Made by a program: the position numbers and the translations under genes. Below, piece by piece: positions 15,169 through 23,014 of a stretch of DNA of 64,000 nucleotides. The notes beneath the pieces were generated by a model that saw only the letters and a program-made list of their open reading frames with translations, searched no databases and was not told where the DNA came from. Each line of letters starts with the position of its first letter. Position 1 is the stretch's first letter. This DNA comes from Oculina patagonica (Eukaryota): contig NC_135770.1 of the NCBI RefSeq assembly GCF_052425735.1, forward strand, positions 3,100,001 through 3,164,000. Reading direction: 5' to 3'.

Positions 15169-16266
15169 AGTAGTAAGGACCGCTTATATGTTCAAGTAGC
15201 CAATCACAGCGCAGCATTTCTGCGCACGCGTAGAAAGGAAAATCACGTGACTTGGGTGTTGATGACGTCATAGGAGTGGGTCCCAGGGTGGTCCGAGTGT
15301 CGGTCCCAGGCCCCGGCCGGTCAAAAAGCGCTCGCCCCAGTCCCCCTCGAAAAAAAAAACCGAAACTAGGTGTAAATAGGCGTAAAAGGAAAAACCACGT
15401 GACTTAGGGGTGTGATGACGTCATAGGAGTCGGCCCCAGGGTGTTTGGAGTGTCGGTCCCAGGCCCCGGACGGTGGAAATGAACTCGGTCCCAGTCCCCG
15501 CGCGAAAAAAATAAACGACAAGACAAGAAAATAGGCGTAGAAGGGAAAACCACGTGACTTAGGGGTGTGATGACGTCATAGGAGTCGGTCCCAGGGTCCT
15601 TGGAGTGTCGGTCCTAGTCCCCAAACGGTTAGAATGAACTTGGTCCCAGTCCTCGCGCGGAAAAAAACGACAAGACAAGAAAATAGGTGTAAAAACAGGT
15701 TTTTTTTTTAATAACAGGTTTTTTCTGTTAAGGTACAAGACACTAAAAAACGGTAACAAGTGGTCCTAAAGCCCCGGTAGTGTAACGGGTATCACTCCTG
15801 CCGCTGAGGTAGGCAATCGAGGTTCGAGTCCTCGCTGGGGATATTTTTTTTTCCTTGTGTCAATGTTCACTAAGCCCTAGTGGCCGCGCACCCTGGGAGT
15901 GAACGTGTACAAAGTTAGCAAGACCACCATCCTATAGATATGGTTCACAAAGTGCCATACTGTCCTTGTGGTATCTGGAACTCCTTTGCACTAAACGCAT
16001 GCGCAGATGAGTCTACGCGATACACTCACGATTGATAATTAGTTACCTCTCTTGTGAAGACCACAAAGGTTGTCTCAGAAAGCGCCATGCCTTCCTTATG
16101 GTATGGTTCTTCCTGGCACTGAACGCATGCGCAGATGAGTCTACATTGCTTTTTCTAGGTCGGCGATTCTGAAAAAACACCGGCTTGTGAAGCTATTTTT
16201 TAAAAAATCACGTGAGAGAGGGGGGATGGGGGTATCCCTCTTTCTCGGGTGTACTGGGAACGAGTA
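15169..16266 (+). repeat. Left terminal inverted repeat of the Polinton
   Basis: Near-identical reverse complement of the right TIR to about 16152, then more diverged to about 16266; contains three ~153-bp subrepeats. Confidence 0.93.
15771..15842 (+). tRNA. tRNA-like Pol III gene (CTG/Gln-type anticodon, non-canonical) in the left TIR
   Basis: Cloverleaf GCCCCGG-TA-GTG/CAC-T-CCTGC(CGCTGAG)GTAGG-CAAT-CGAGG(TTCGAGT)CCTCG-CTGGGGA-T; A box TAGTGTAACGG; B box GGTTCGAGTCC; T9 terminator at 15844-15852. G replaces U33 and there is a G1.A72 mismatch. Confidence 0.8.
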
Positions 16267-16358
16267 AGAGAGTTTTGTTTGTTTGCTCAAGTCGGTGATC
16301 GAATGCACATACGACAACATGTAAACGTTTAACCACGTCTTTATTGTGTTCAACAACA

Positions 16359-16724
16359 TTAAAGTTTCAACTTTTTCTTGGCTTGCATGATTCGTTTGAC
16401 AATGCGTTCCGTCATGGTTTTACTTCCAGGTAATTTGTTGATGGCTTTAATCATTTTCTCGTCGGCTTTCCACTTGTCCCTTAGATTCTTGGCGTGACTG
16501 TAATCGATGTCGTGCTGTTTGGCGATCTTGTCTAATCGATTGATGCCCGGGTCCCCGCGTTTCAATCGCTTTGCCAATTTGGTTCCGGGACCCATGTACT
16601 GATAACCGGGCCAGTGAAATTCGATTCCAGTCTTCCCGAGCCACTTCTGAATGTCGATCCCACGTCCGCGTTGTCGTCGCCGTGTCGTCTTTTTTTCAGT
16701 CCTCTTCTTCTTGGTCTTCGTCAT
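16359..16724 (-). CDS. Parvovirus VP1u-type phospholipase A2 with basic N-terminal leader
   Basis: Ca-binding loop PGYQYMGPG and catalytic motif LDKIAKQHDIDY; leader ends in the protease-like site QRGRG. Confidence 0.9.
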   Translation of the reverse strand: MTKTKKKRTEKKTTRRRQRGRGIDIQKWLGKTGIEFHWPGYQYMGPGTKLAKRLKRGDPGINRLDKIAKQHDIDYSHAKNLRDKWKADEKMIKAINKLPGSKTMTERIVKRIMQAKKKLKL

Positions 16725-17298
16725 ACTCCAATTTTCGTCTCAACTTTTTGCCTTTGGCCCAATCTTCCCAACCGGGTAATGGTTTCAGTTTCTCGGCTTC
16801 CGTTTTTCGCACAGCTGGCTTTTTCCTCGTCTTTAGTTTCTCTTCTAAACTCTTGAATCTCTCTGCCAATGTCGGTTTGCCCGCAGGTGCCGTTTTTGCT
16901 TTCTTTGTCGCCTTCGGAGTGACTGTGGGAGGTGATTTCTTGGCACTCCCTTTTATGAGTTGTTTCAACGTGGTCTCCACGGGTCCCGTCACCAAACCTA
17001 CATTCTCCAACTCCTCCTCCTCCTCCTCCTCCGCTTCTTCGCCCGGCCGTCTGGCTGTGACTCCTCCCATGGGAAATTGACGTATCCGTTTGGTCAAACG
17101 AGCCCGTTCGCGAGCGAGAGGTTTCACTCGTGCCACGGCGATACCGTCGGGAACGGATTTATCTTTTAACAGCAAGTGACTTTCGGCTGCTATGCGAGCC
17201 GCTTTGTTCAACAATGCATTGTCCGTGATTTCGCCTTTGTAATATTGCACCAAACGATTCAAGTCTTTAGCGGGAACCATCACGACTTCCTCGGTCAT
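16696..17298 (-). CDS. Polinton hypothetical protein (200 aa, acidic tract and Lys-rich C-terminus)
   Basis: ATG-initiated ORF in the packed gene array, overlapping both neighbours. Confidence 0.7.
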   Translation of the reverse strand: MTEEVVMVPAKDLNRLVQYYKGEITDNALLNKAARIAAESHLLLKDKSVPDGIAVARVKPLARERARLTKRIRQFPMGGVTARRPGEEAEEEEEEELENVGLVTGPVETTLKQLIKGSAKKSPPTVTPKATKKAKTAPAGKPTLAERFKSLEEKLKTRKKPAVRKTEAEKLKPLPGWEDWAKGKKLRRKLEYDEDQEEED

Positions 17299-17659
17299 CT
17301 TTGAAGTATTCTTCCAACAAGCTTTCGTAACACCCTTGCCAGTAACGAACTTCCTCTTCTAACTTGTCTATGCGCCTTTTCAAGTCGCTTCTCGATGTAC
17401 ACTTGTCTCTACACTCCTTGCACAGTACTAGGGTCTTTCCTTCCGGAGTCTCTTGCCTCTCTCGAATGCAATCTTCGCACTCTGCGTCGTATTTTAAAGC
17501 CAAATAGTCATGATTGACGCGGGCGTAGGCTTTGCGCCAATGGTCTGCTCTTTTTTCCCACTCTGCTTCTCTGTCCGCCGATTCGCGTAACATTTTCATC
17601 ATTGTCTGGAGGGTGTTTTGCAGAGACATGCTTGGTAGATCTGTTGCAGTCCTTTCCAA
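17267..17659 (-). CDS. Polinton hypothetical coiled-coil protein with CxxC-CxxC motif
   Basis: Helical segments flank CEDC...CKEC; lies in the packed array. Confidence 0.65.
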   Translation of the reverse strand: MERTATDLPSMSLQNTLQTMMKMLRESADREAEWEKRADHWRKAYARVNHDYLALKYDAECEDCIRERQETPEGKTLVLCKECRDKCTSRSDLKRRIDKLEEEVRYWQGCYESLLEEYFKDDRGSRDGSR

Positions 17660-17943
17660 AACCCGCTACCCTTCTGTGACAGGAGACCTTCTCGCCTTCT
17701 CTTCAACGAGTTTCGGCGCTTACCCAGTTCGCGCAAGACCTTCTTATATCGTCGCAGCTTGGCGGTGATCGGTGGACTGAGCGGAATGCGGTTCTTGAGC
17801 AAATTCAATACCATCTCACTCACGGCGTTGATCTGATCGGCGTTGGCGTGCTGTAACATCTCTTCTCGCTTGAACCGATTGGCTTCTCTCAGAATGCTCT
17901 CCAAGAACGGACGCTGTCGACGTAATCGATTCATACTTCCCAC
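17599..17943 (-). CDS. Small basic Polinton virion core-like protein
   Basis: Pattern ANADQINAVSEMVLNLLKNRIPL...KLRRYKKVLREL...QKGSGF resembles a recurrent Polinton small ORF; C-terminal protease-like site. Confidence 0.75.
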   Translation of the reverse strand: MGSMNRLRRQRPFLESILREANRFKREEMLQHANADQINAVSEMVLNLLKNRIPLSPPITAKLRRYKKVLRELGKRRNSLKRRREGLLSQKGSGFWKGLQQIYQACLCKTPSRQ

Positions 17944-18134
17944 GGGGCTGGACGTCTGTTGTAACTACCGGTGACGCCCTTTGCCCCCATCCTCTTATAG
18001 CGTTTGTCCTTTCCCAATTTATAACCCAACTTGCCGGCAAACTTGAGTATGTCCAATAAACCCTCTCCTCTCCACACGGGTCCTCTTTTAGGTTGTTTTC
18101 GTCTTCTCCTTACTATCTTTCTTCTTCGCACCAT
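17931..18134 (-). CDS. Arg-rich core/precursor peptide
   Basis: Arg-rich N-terminus, WRGEG site, then an amphipathic helix LLDILKFAGKLG. Confidence 0.65.
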   Translation of the reverse strand: MVRRRKIVRRRRKQPKRGPVWRGEGLLDILKFAGKLGYKLGKDKRYKRMGAKGVTGSYNRRPAPWEV

Positions 18135-18202
18135 CTTGTCACAGAATGCAGTCTGTTGTAACTACCGGTGACGCCCAATGCCCCCATCCTCTTATAGTGT
18201 TT

Positions 18203-18409
18203 TTATCTCTTTTTCTTTCGAGTGGCTGCATCCAAGGCTTTCTTTGCACCCCAACCTGCAGCACCCGATGCAGCACCCAAAGCGATTGCTTTTCCACCCG
18301 CGATCAAAGCTGGTATCAAGGCTGCTAAGGGTAAAATACCACCCTTCTGTCCTATTCTTCTCCTGCCAGCACGTCTCCGCCTTTGCGTCACACGTTTCTT
18401 TCTCCTCAT
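18203..18409 (-). CDS. Adenovirus pX(mu)-like core protein precursor
   Basis: Arg-rich stretch + QKGG^ILPLAALIPALIAG mirrors adenoviral pX (RRMRGG^ILPLLIPLIAAAIGA). Confidence 0.75.
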   Translation of the reverse strand: MRRKKRVTQRRRRAGRRRIGQKGGILPLAALIPALIAGGKAIALGAASGAAGWGAKKALDAATRKKKR

Positions 18410-18413
18410 GGTC

Positions 18414-18635
18414 CTATTGTCGTCGCGGTCTACGTCTATAATGATTTACATTATCCATTATCCCTTTAAATCCTTGACTGGCCAATTTACCACCCAACGT
18501 GAAGAATGTGGGTGAAGGACCCGAGAGAAACATGCTGGCCCCCTCGGCTATCTTGTCCACCAAACGATGTTTACGTCTCGCGAGAGCCCCACCTCGCTGC
18601 CTCTTTCTTCTGGCCTTACGTTTCGTTCTTCCCAT
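18414..18635 (-). CDS. Arg-rich core/precursor peptide
   Basis: MGRTKRKARRKRQRGG^A, followed by an amphipathic segment. Confidence 0.65.
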   Translation of the reverse strand: MGRTKRKARRKRQRGGALARRKHRLVDKIAEGASMFLSGPSPTFFTLGGKLASQGFKGIMDNVNHYRRRPRRQ

Positions 18636-18653
18636 CCTACCATAACTGTCACT

Positions 18654-19151
18654 TCAGACGGGGGTACCTTCGGATTTATCGTGTTGTCGTTCGTACGCTT
18701 GCACGTACTTGTCGGCCACGGGCGGCGTGAAATCGGTGATCGTGTCATCTAGAGTTTGCATCTTGATCAAGAATCCTTCTAGTTCGTCCATCGGAAGACC
18801 GCGCGCGTACGTTCTCAATTCGATCAACGTCTTGTCGTAGCTGGTGTAGGCAAAACGACATACGTCCACTTTGAACGAATATTTCTTGAAATCGTTCCAG
18901 CCCTTGACGACAGTCCCAGCTGAAGTTAGGCATGCCACAATAACACTATTTTCTGTAAGGGAACCCGCAATGATACCCGCTGCCACGATGAACAAAGCCA
19001 AAGCATTCAATGAAGCATGACACCACTTAAAGTGGTAAAACATTTGACGATGACACCACCACTTTTTGTGGTAAAAGGTATACAATCCGTCCAATCTGTG
19101 TAACAGGTCTGGATTTAAGTTCGTCTTCGACCCGTTTAGTAGGGACGTCAT
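18654..19151 (-). CDS. Two-TM membrane protein (SLATT-like topology)
   Basis: Hydrophobic pair LNALALFIVAAGIIAGSL / VIVACLTSAGTVV followed by a helical soluble tail. Confidence 0.7.
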   Translation of the reverse strand: MTSLLNGSKTNLNPDLLHRLDGLYTFYHKKWWCHRQMFYHFKWCHASLNALALFIVAAGIIAGSLTENSVIVACLTSAGTVVKGWNDFKKYSFKVDVCRFAYTSYDKTLIELRTYARGLPMDELEGFLIKMQTLDDTITDFTPPVADKYVQAYERQHDKSEGTPV

Positions 19152-19153
19152 CT

Positions 19154-19555
19154 TTAATGGCTCACTCTCGTCGAGGTACGACGAACGGTTGGTCGTCCCC
19201 CGTCTTTATAGGTCGTAGTGATGGTGTTTGTCGTGGTGATGCCTGCGATGCGACGTCCAGCCGCCACTTGACGTTGATCGTTGAACAGCATTTGCAATTG
19301 ACGTTGCATGTCGTCTTGATTCAATTGGTGTGGACCACCCGTTAGCGTTCCTTGACCTACAGGTACGTTGGACCTCGAGGAAGAAGGTCTCAAAGTCCCC
19401 GTACCTACTGCAGGAGACGGTAATTGATCCAAGTACCGTCTTAGGACTATTGGGTCGATTCGATCCAATGTCTGTTCCAATCCCCCTCGGGTGACGTTGA
19501 TGATCGGAATGGCACTAGGACTGGTTCCTACTCCTGCTGGCGAATGTCTTGACAT
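19154..19555 (-). CDS. Polinton hypothetical protein (133 aa)
   Basis: Packed ORF; its stop is 2 nt from the next ATG. Confidence 0.6.
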   Translation of the reverse strand: MSRHSPAGVGTSPSAIPIINVTRGGLEQTLDRIDPIVLRRYLDQLPSPAVGTGTLRPSSSRSNVPVGQGTLTGGPHQLNQDDMQRQLQMLFNDQRQVAAGRRIAGITTTNTITTTYKDGGRPTVRRTSTRVSH

Positions 19556-19767
19556 GTCTTTCTAGCTCTCTCTTCTAATGTCTGGATCAATTCGCTGAAG
19601 TAAGTCTCGTTATATTCTCTCACGAATTTCCACATCTGGCGCTTTTCGGCCAAATGTAGCACGGTTTGCATGGCGTCGTAGTCCATGTCCTCTTCTCTCA
19701 TACGCTCGAAATGACGACTGCACAGGTCCAAGAACGCGAGCCACACGTGATCGTTACGTACGAACAT
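19528..19767 (-). CDS. Polinton hypothetical protein (79 aa)
   Basis: Packed ORF overlapping the ATPase stop and the next ORF. Confidence 0.55.
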   Translation of the reverse strand: MFVRNDHVWLAFLDLCSRHFERMREEDMDYDAMQTVLHLAEKRQMWKFVREYNETYFSELIQTLEERARKTCQDIRQQE

Positions 19768-20419
19768 CTCGAACGAATCTGTAACATCTCATGCATCCCT
19801 CGTCTTTTAAGAGGTGGCTAAAAATCCGTCTGTCGTCGCCACTGGCAGGGTGTAGATCCAATACCATGTAACCAAAGGGTCTTTCCGTCGTCTTGGTGTA
19901 GACGTCCATCACATCTTGCCATCGGGAGGGAAACGCTTGTAACAGTAAATTCCTCATGCCCAATTGATCGCGAGGGTTCTTGAAAGCCACGATGTAATGC
20001 GCATTTCGAGAAATGCTCTTGGCGTATTTTCCCGGCGGAAACATGTCTTGACACAAGTACAGGACGGTGATGTTCCTGTGGTGGGAAAGTTTGGTGAACA
20101 GATCCAATACTCTCTTGTCGTTTCCTCCTTCTTCCATCAGATCGTCCAATACCATCACCCCTCCACGGGGAAACCATTTGGTCAAATCTACTTCTTCGGG
20201 AATCCCTTCGTGAAATTTCACGCCTCGCTTTTTCATGTTCGCGAAACCGTCTTGCCAAGCCCCAAAACAATAATGAATGGTCTCAGGGGGTGTACTAAAC
20301 AACTCTTTTGAGTGATTCAAAAGTACCGACTCGGTAAAACAAGTCTTTCCGCAGCTAGAGGGGCCCACAATCAAAATGCTAGAGGGCATCCGAAAGCTAA
20401 AGGCTTCACCGCGCTCCAT
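19754..20419 (-). CDS. A32/FtsK-HerA-family genome packaging ATPase
   Basis: Walker A GPSSCGKT, Walker B VMVLDDLM, and SHHRNITVLYLCQ motif; likely start MERGEAF at 20419. Confidence 0.95.
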   Translation of the reverse strand: MERGEAFSFRMPSSILIVGPSSCGKTCFTESVLLNHSKELFSTPPETIHYCFGAWQDGFANMKKRGVKFHEGIPEEVDLTKWFPRGGVMVLDDLMEEGGNDKRVLDLFTKLSHHRNITVLYLCQDMFPPGKYAKSISRNAHYIVAFKNPRDQLGMRNLLLQAFPSRWQDVMDVYTKTTERPFGYMVLDLHPASGDDRRIFSHLLKDEGCMRCYRFVRDVRT

Positions 20420-20551
20420 GGCGAAATGACATTCGTCAAAAAACGAGCAGTGATATAAGCATGTTGCAGAAAAAAAGTCTGCAACGAATCCCGATCTCCC
20501 GAGCGACAGACGACACACACCTTATTTATTTCAACGTTTTTATTTGTCATC

Positions 20552-21121
20552 TCACAACAACAAGTGTCTTACACCGCAGAGAGACGGTTCACAATCCTGA
20601 TGGTATTCCATCTGACATATTTTGTGCCACGACCTTTCCTTCGAGATCAATTGCTTCAACATTTGCCCAACTTTATGATCATTGTACACGTAATCGTGTT
20701 TCTTGAATCTCGCTTCGAATTGACTCATGCTACGTCCTTCGGCCCTATCGATGAGATACATCAACGCGTAATCGCCGCAGCTCTGACTGTACAACGATTG
20801 TAGACTCTGTCCGTTGCGCTCCACGTACTTCCAATGAGCGTCCAACCAATCTTGCAACGGTTGCGCCGTCTGGTACACTTCTAGGGGTAAGGCGTAACTG
20901 TCCAATACTTCGCACACGTTTCCATTCGTCCACAGCGCGATCCAATGCCGACCGCGCATGTAGTGAGGATCGGTGTTGACGATGTACCCGCGGGCTTCCG
21001 TCTTGAGTGGTTTGCGAGGTAATCGATCGCAGGCCACTGTCCCGTAAAAGTAAGGCTTCAACGACGGGTGATGTCTGGCCAACTGATCCAATTGCACGTT
21101 ATTCAAAGTCACTTTCTCCAT
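20552..21121 (-). CDS. Adenain-like cysteine maturation protease
   Basis: IVNTD...GRHWIAL (His), LDSY (Asp), LQSLYSQSCG (Gln/Cys). Confidence 0.93.
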   Translation of the reverse strand: MEKVTLNNVQLDQLARHHPSLKPYFYGTVACDRLPRKPLKTEARGYIVNTDPHYMRGRHWIALWTNGNVCEVLDSYALPLEVYQTAQPLQDWLDAHWKYVERNGQSLQSLYSQSCGDYALMYLIDRAEGRSMSQFEARFKKHDYVYNDHKVGQMLKQLISKERSWHKICQMEYHQDCEPSLCGVRHLLL

Positions 21122-21123
21122 CA

Positions 21124-22527
21124 CTAACGCTGGTACACGTCGTACAACACGGCTTTGTTCTTGTCTATCTCCAAGAGATTCTCAAACTCTCCGTACACGA
21201 TGATGGTCAAGTTCACAGCTGGGTTGGCTCCAAAGTTCAGCTCTATTAGTAGATTTCCGGCTTGCTTGGGGTTCATCCTGTAACTGTCCACGCATCCATT
21301 GGCCACGTTGTCGAACACGAACAACGTGCAATTCTTTCCTTGTCCCCAATCGTCCCCTCTCACCATGTTTCCTTGCTGCTTGCACAGGCAACCGGTGGCT
21401 TGCAAGAAACGGTGGTACCCTCTGAGATCTTTGGTGCCATCGTTGTGGACCAACTCTAGCGTCTCGTAAGGATACTCTTCTCCTCCCACGAGTTGTTTTA
21501 TGCTGCTCATTCCAAACTTCTGAAAACAGAAGGGATCGTTGACCACGTTCCCGGTGAAGGCTGTGGACAGTACCATACCCACGATCACGCGGTTGGGAAT
21601 TCTTCCTTGGAACAAGTTGGTGCATTCGTACCGTCGTTGATCTCCCTGCATGTTGAAGGTCCGAATCTCGCTTCTCACGGTCGGGTAACTCACCACTTGA
21701 CTCTTGGTGGTCATCTCATCCATCAGTCTCCTGTACGTCGTGGGATTGAGACGCACTTGACACAGGTACATTCGAACTTTGACTTCCTCGGCCGTCAACT
21801 TTCCTGCCAGACCCACTCCGTTCAAGAACACGTCGGGAGAATTGAAGTACATCTGTATTCCTATCTGCACTCTGGGTACCAACAACTTGCTCAGATGAAA
21901 CACTTCGATGAGGGGTTTGAAACGCAACACGTGTCGCTTGCCGTCCGTGTAATTGGCTTGTTCTGCTTTAGAGTTCTTGAGAGCCTCCTTGTGATTGGCG
22001 GTCAGGGCTACATAGTCTGCGTGTCCAGCTCCAGCGTTGGCTGCTGTGTTCGTGTTATTGTCCGTCCACGTGGCTGGGAAATCGATATGATTGTACCATC
22101 CTTGAGGTTTCAAGATGGTTTCTCCATCACGTCTGTCGTAATTCAGCAACGTTTCCAAGAAGGCTCTGTAATGGTACGTGTCCGTCTGGGGACTGATGAG
22201 AGTACCGTTGAGACGCACGCTGATTTGCTTGAACAGAGAATGGGCTAGATTGTTGACGGGCCACAACAAGTCGGCAGCTGCCACGTTCCCATCGTTGTCT
22301 TTCTTCAGTTGCAATTCTACCTCGAAGAAGCTACGGCTGAGATCGATGTAATCTTCTTGGGGGTCGATCTGAAACTCCACCGGATTGATGCCTGTGGTGT
22401 AGGTCTGAACGGGGACCATCCGATACGACGAGACGCTGACGTCTGTCGGTGGTACGGCGAATAGATCCAATCGAGGATTGGCCTCGCGTCTCGACTGCGG
22501 GTAGGCGCTCGAGATGGTTTCGGTCAT
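21124..22527 (-). CDS. Major capsid protein (double jelly-roll)
   Basis: LDLFAVPPTD, PVEFQI, YIDLSRS, PVNNLAHSLFKQI, YHYRAFLETLLNY, IPNRVIVGMV, and VYGEFENLLEID motifs; likely start at 22527 (ATGA overlap). Confidence 0.93.
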   Translation of the reverse strand: MTETISSAYPQSRREANPRLDLFAVPPTDVSVSSYRMVPVQTYTTGINPVEFQIDPQEDYIDLSRSFFEVELQLKKDNDGNVAAADLLWPVNNLAHSLFKQISVRLNGTLISPQTDTYHYRAFLETLLNYDRRDGETILKPQGWYNHIDFPATWTDNNTNTAANAGAGHADYVALTANHKEALKNSKAEQANYTDGKRHVLRFKPLIEVFHLSKLLVPRVQIGIQMYFNSPDVFLNGVGLAGKLTAEEVKVRMYLCQVRLNPTTYRRLMDEMTTKSQVVSYPTVRSEIRTFNMQGDQRRYECTNLFQGRIPNRVIVGMVLSTAFTGNVVNDPFCFQKFGMSSIKQLVGGEEYPYETLELVHNDGTKDLRGYHRFLQATGCLCKQQGNMVRGDDWGQGKNCTLFVFDNVANGCVDSYRMNPKQAGNLLIELNFGANPAVNLTIIVYGEFENLLEIDKNKAVLYDVYQR

Positions 22528-22760
22528 CGTCTTCTCTTCCTTCTTGCACGGCGCTTCCGTAAGGTCTGTATCCAGTCGTAGCCAGGAGGCTTTCTGACCT
22601 CGGGACCTATCCACCCGCCCTTTTGTACTTTTCGTCGTCGCCTCTTTTGTCCCAACAAGGCCTGGTTCAAAAGTGCCAGTGAGAATCCTTCTCCCCGCTG
22701 TCTGACGGGGGCGCGTTTGGATCGGACCAATTTAGACGATCGCGAGTAAACGGGATTCAT
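22524..22760 (-). CDS. Arg-rich core precursor with two protease-like sites
   Basis: QRGEG and QKGG motifs; poly-Arg C-terminus; ATGA overlaps at both ends. Confidence 0.7.
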   Translation of the reverse strand: MNPVYSRSSKLVRSKRAPVRQRGEGFSLALLNQALLGQKRRRRKVQKGGWIGPEVRKPPGYDWIQTLRKRRARRKRRR

Positions 22761-23014
22761 TTTTCGCCAAAGATGTCGTTCAGTTTTCTCTTGACGTTTC
22801 GTTCTATGACGTTTTTCAGTTTGCGTTTCACGACTCGTTTAGGACCACTCTTGGCTCCTTGACCCGCTTTAAGAATGCGGTCCGCGACGCCGCGCCCACT
22901 CTTAAATCCTCTCACGGCTCCACCGAGAGACTCTCTCACGATGTCGGCCAAAAATCCGTTCCCCTCTTGAGGTGGAGGATCCGGTGTGAAACGCGTCAGG
23001 GCACCGCCTCTCAT
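22757..23014 (-). CDS. Small virion precursor with amphipathic helix (pVI-like position between penton and MCP)
   Basis: QEGNG followed by FLADIVRESLGGAVRGF; basic C-terminus ending DIFGEK. Confidence 0.7.
   Translation of the reverse strand: MRGGALTRFTPDPPPQEGNGFLADIVRESLGGAVRGFKSGRGVADRILKAGQGAKSGPKRVVKRKLKNVIERNVKRKLNDIFGEK

Noticed and set aside
15990-16145. CAGATGAG as a hammerhead ribozyme core in the TIR
   Set aside because: The core needs CUGANGA plus a matching GAAA and stems; these are not present.
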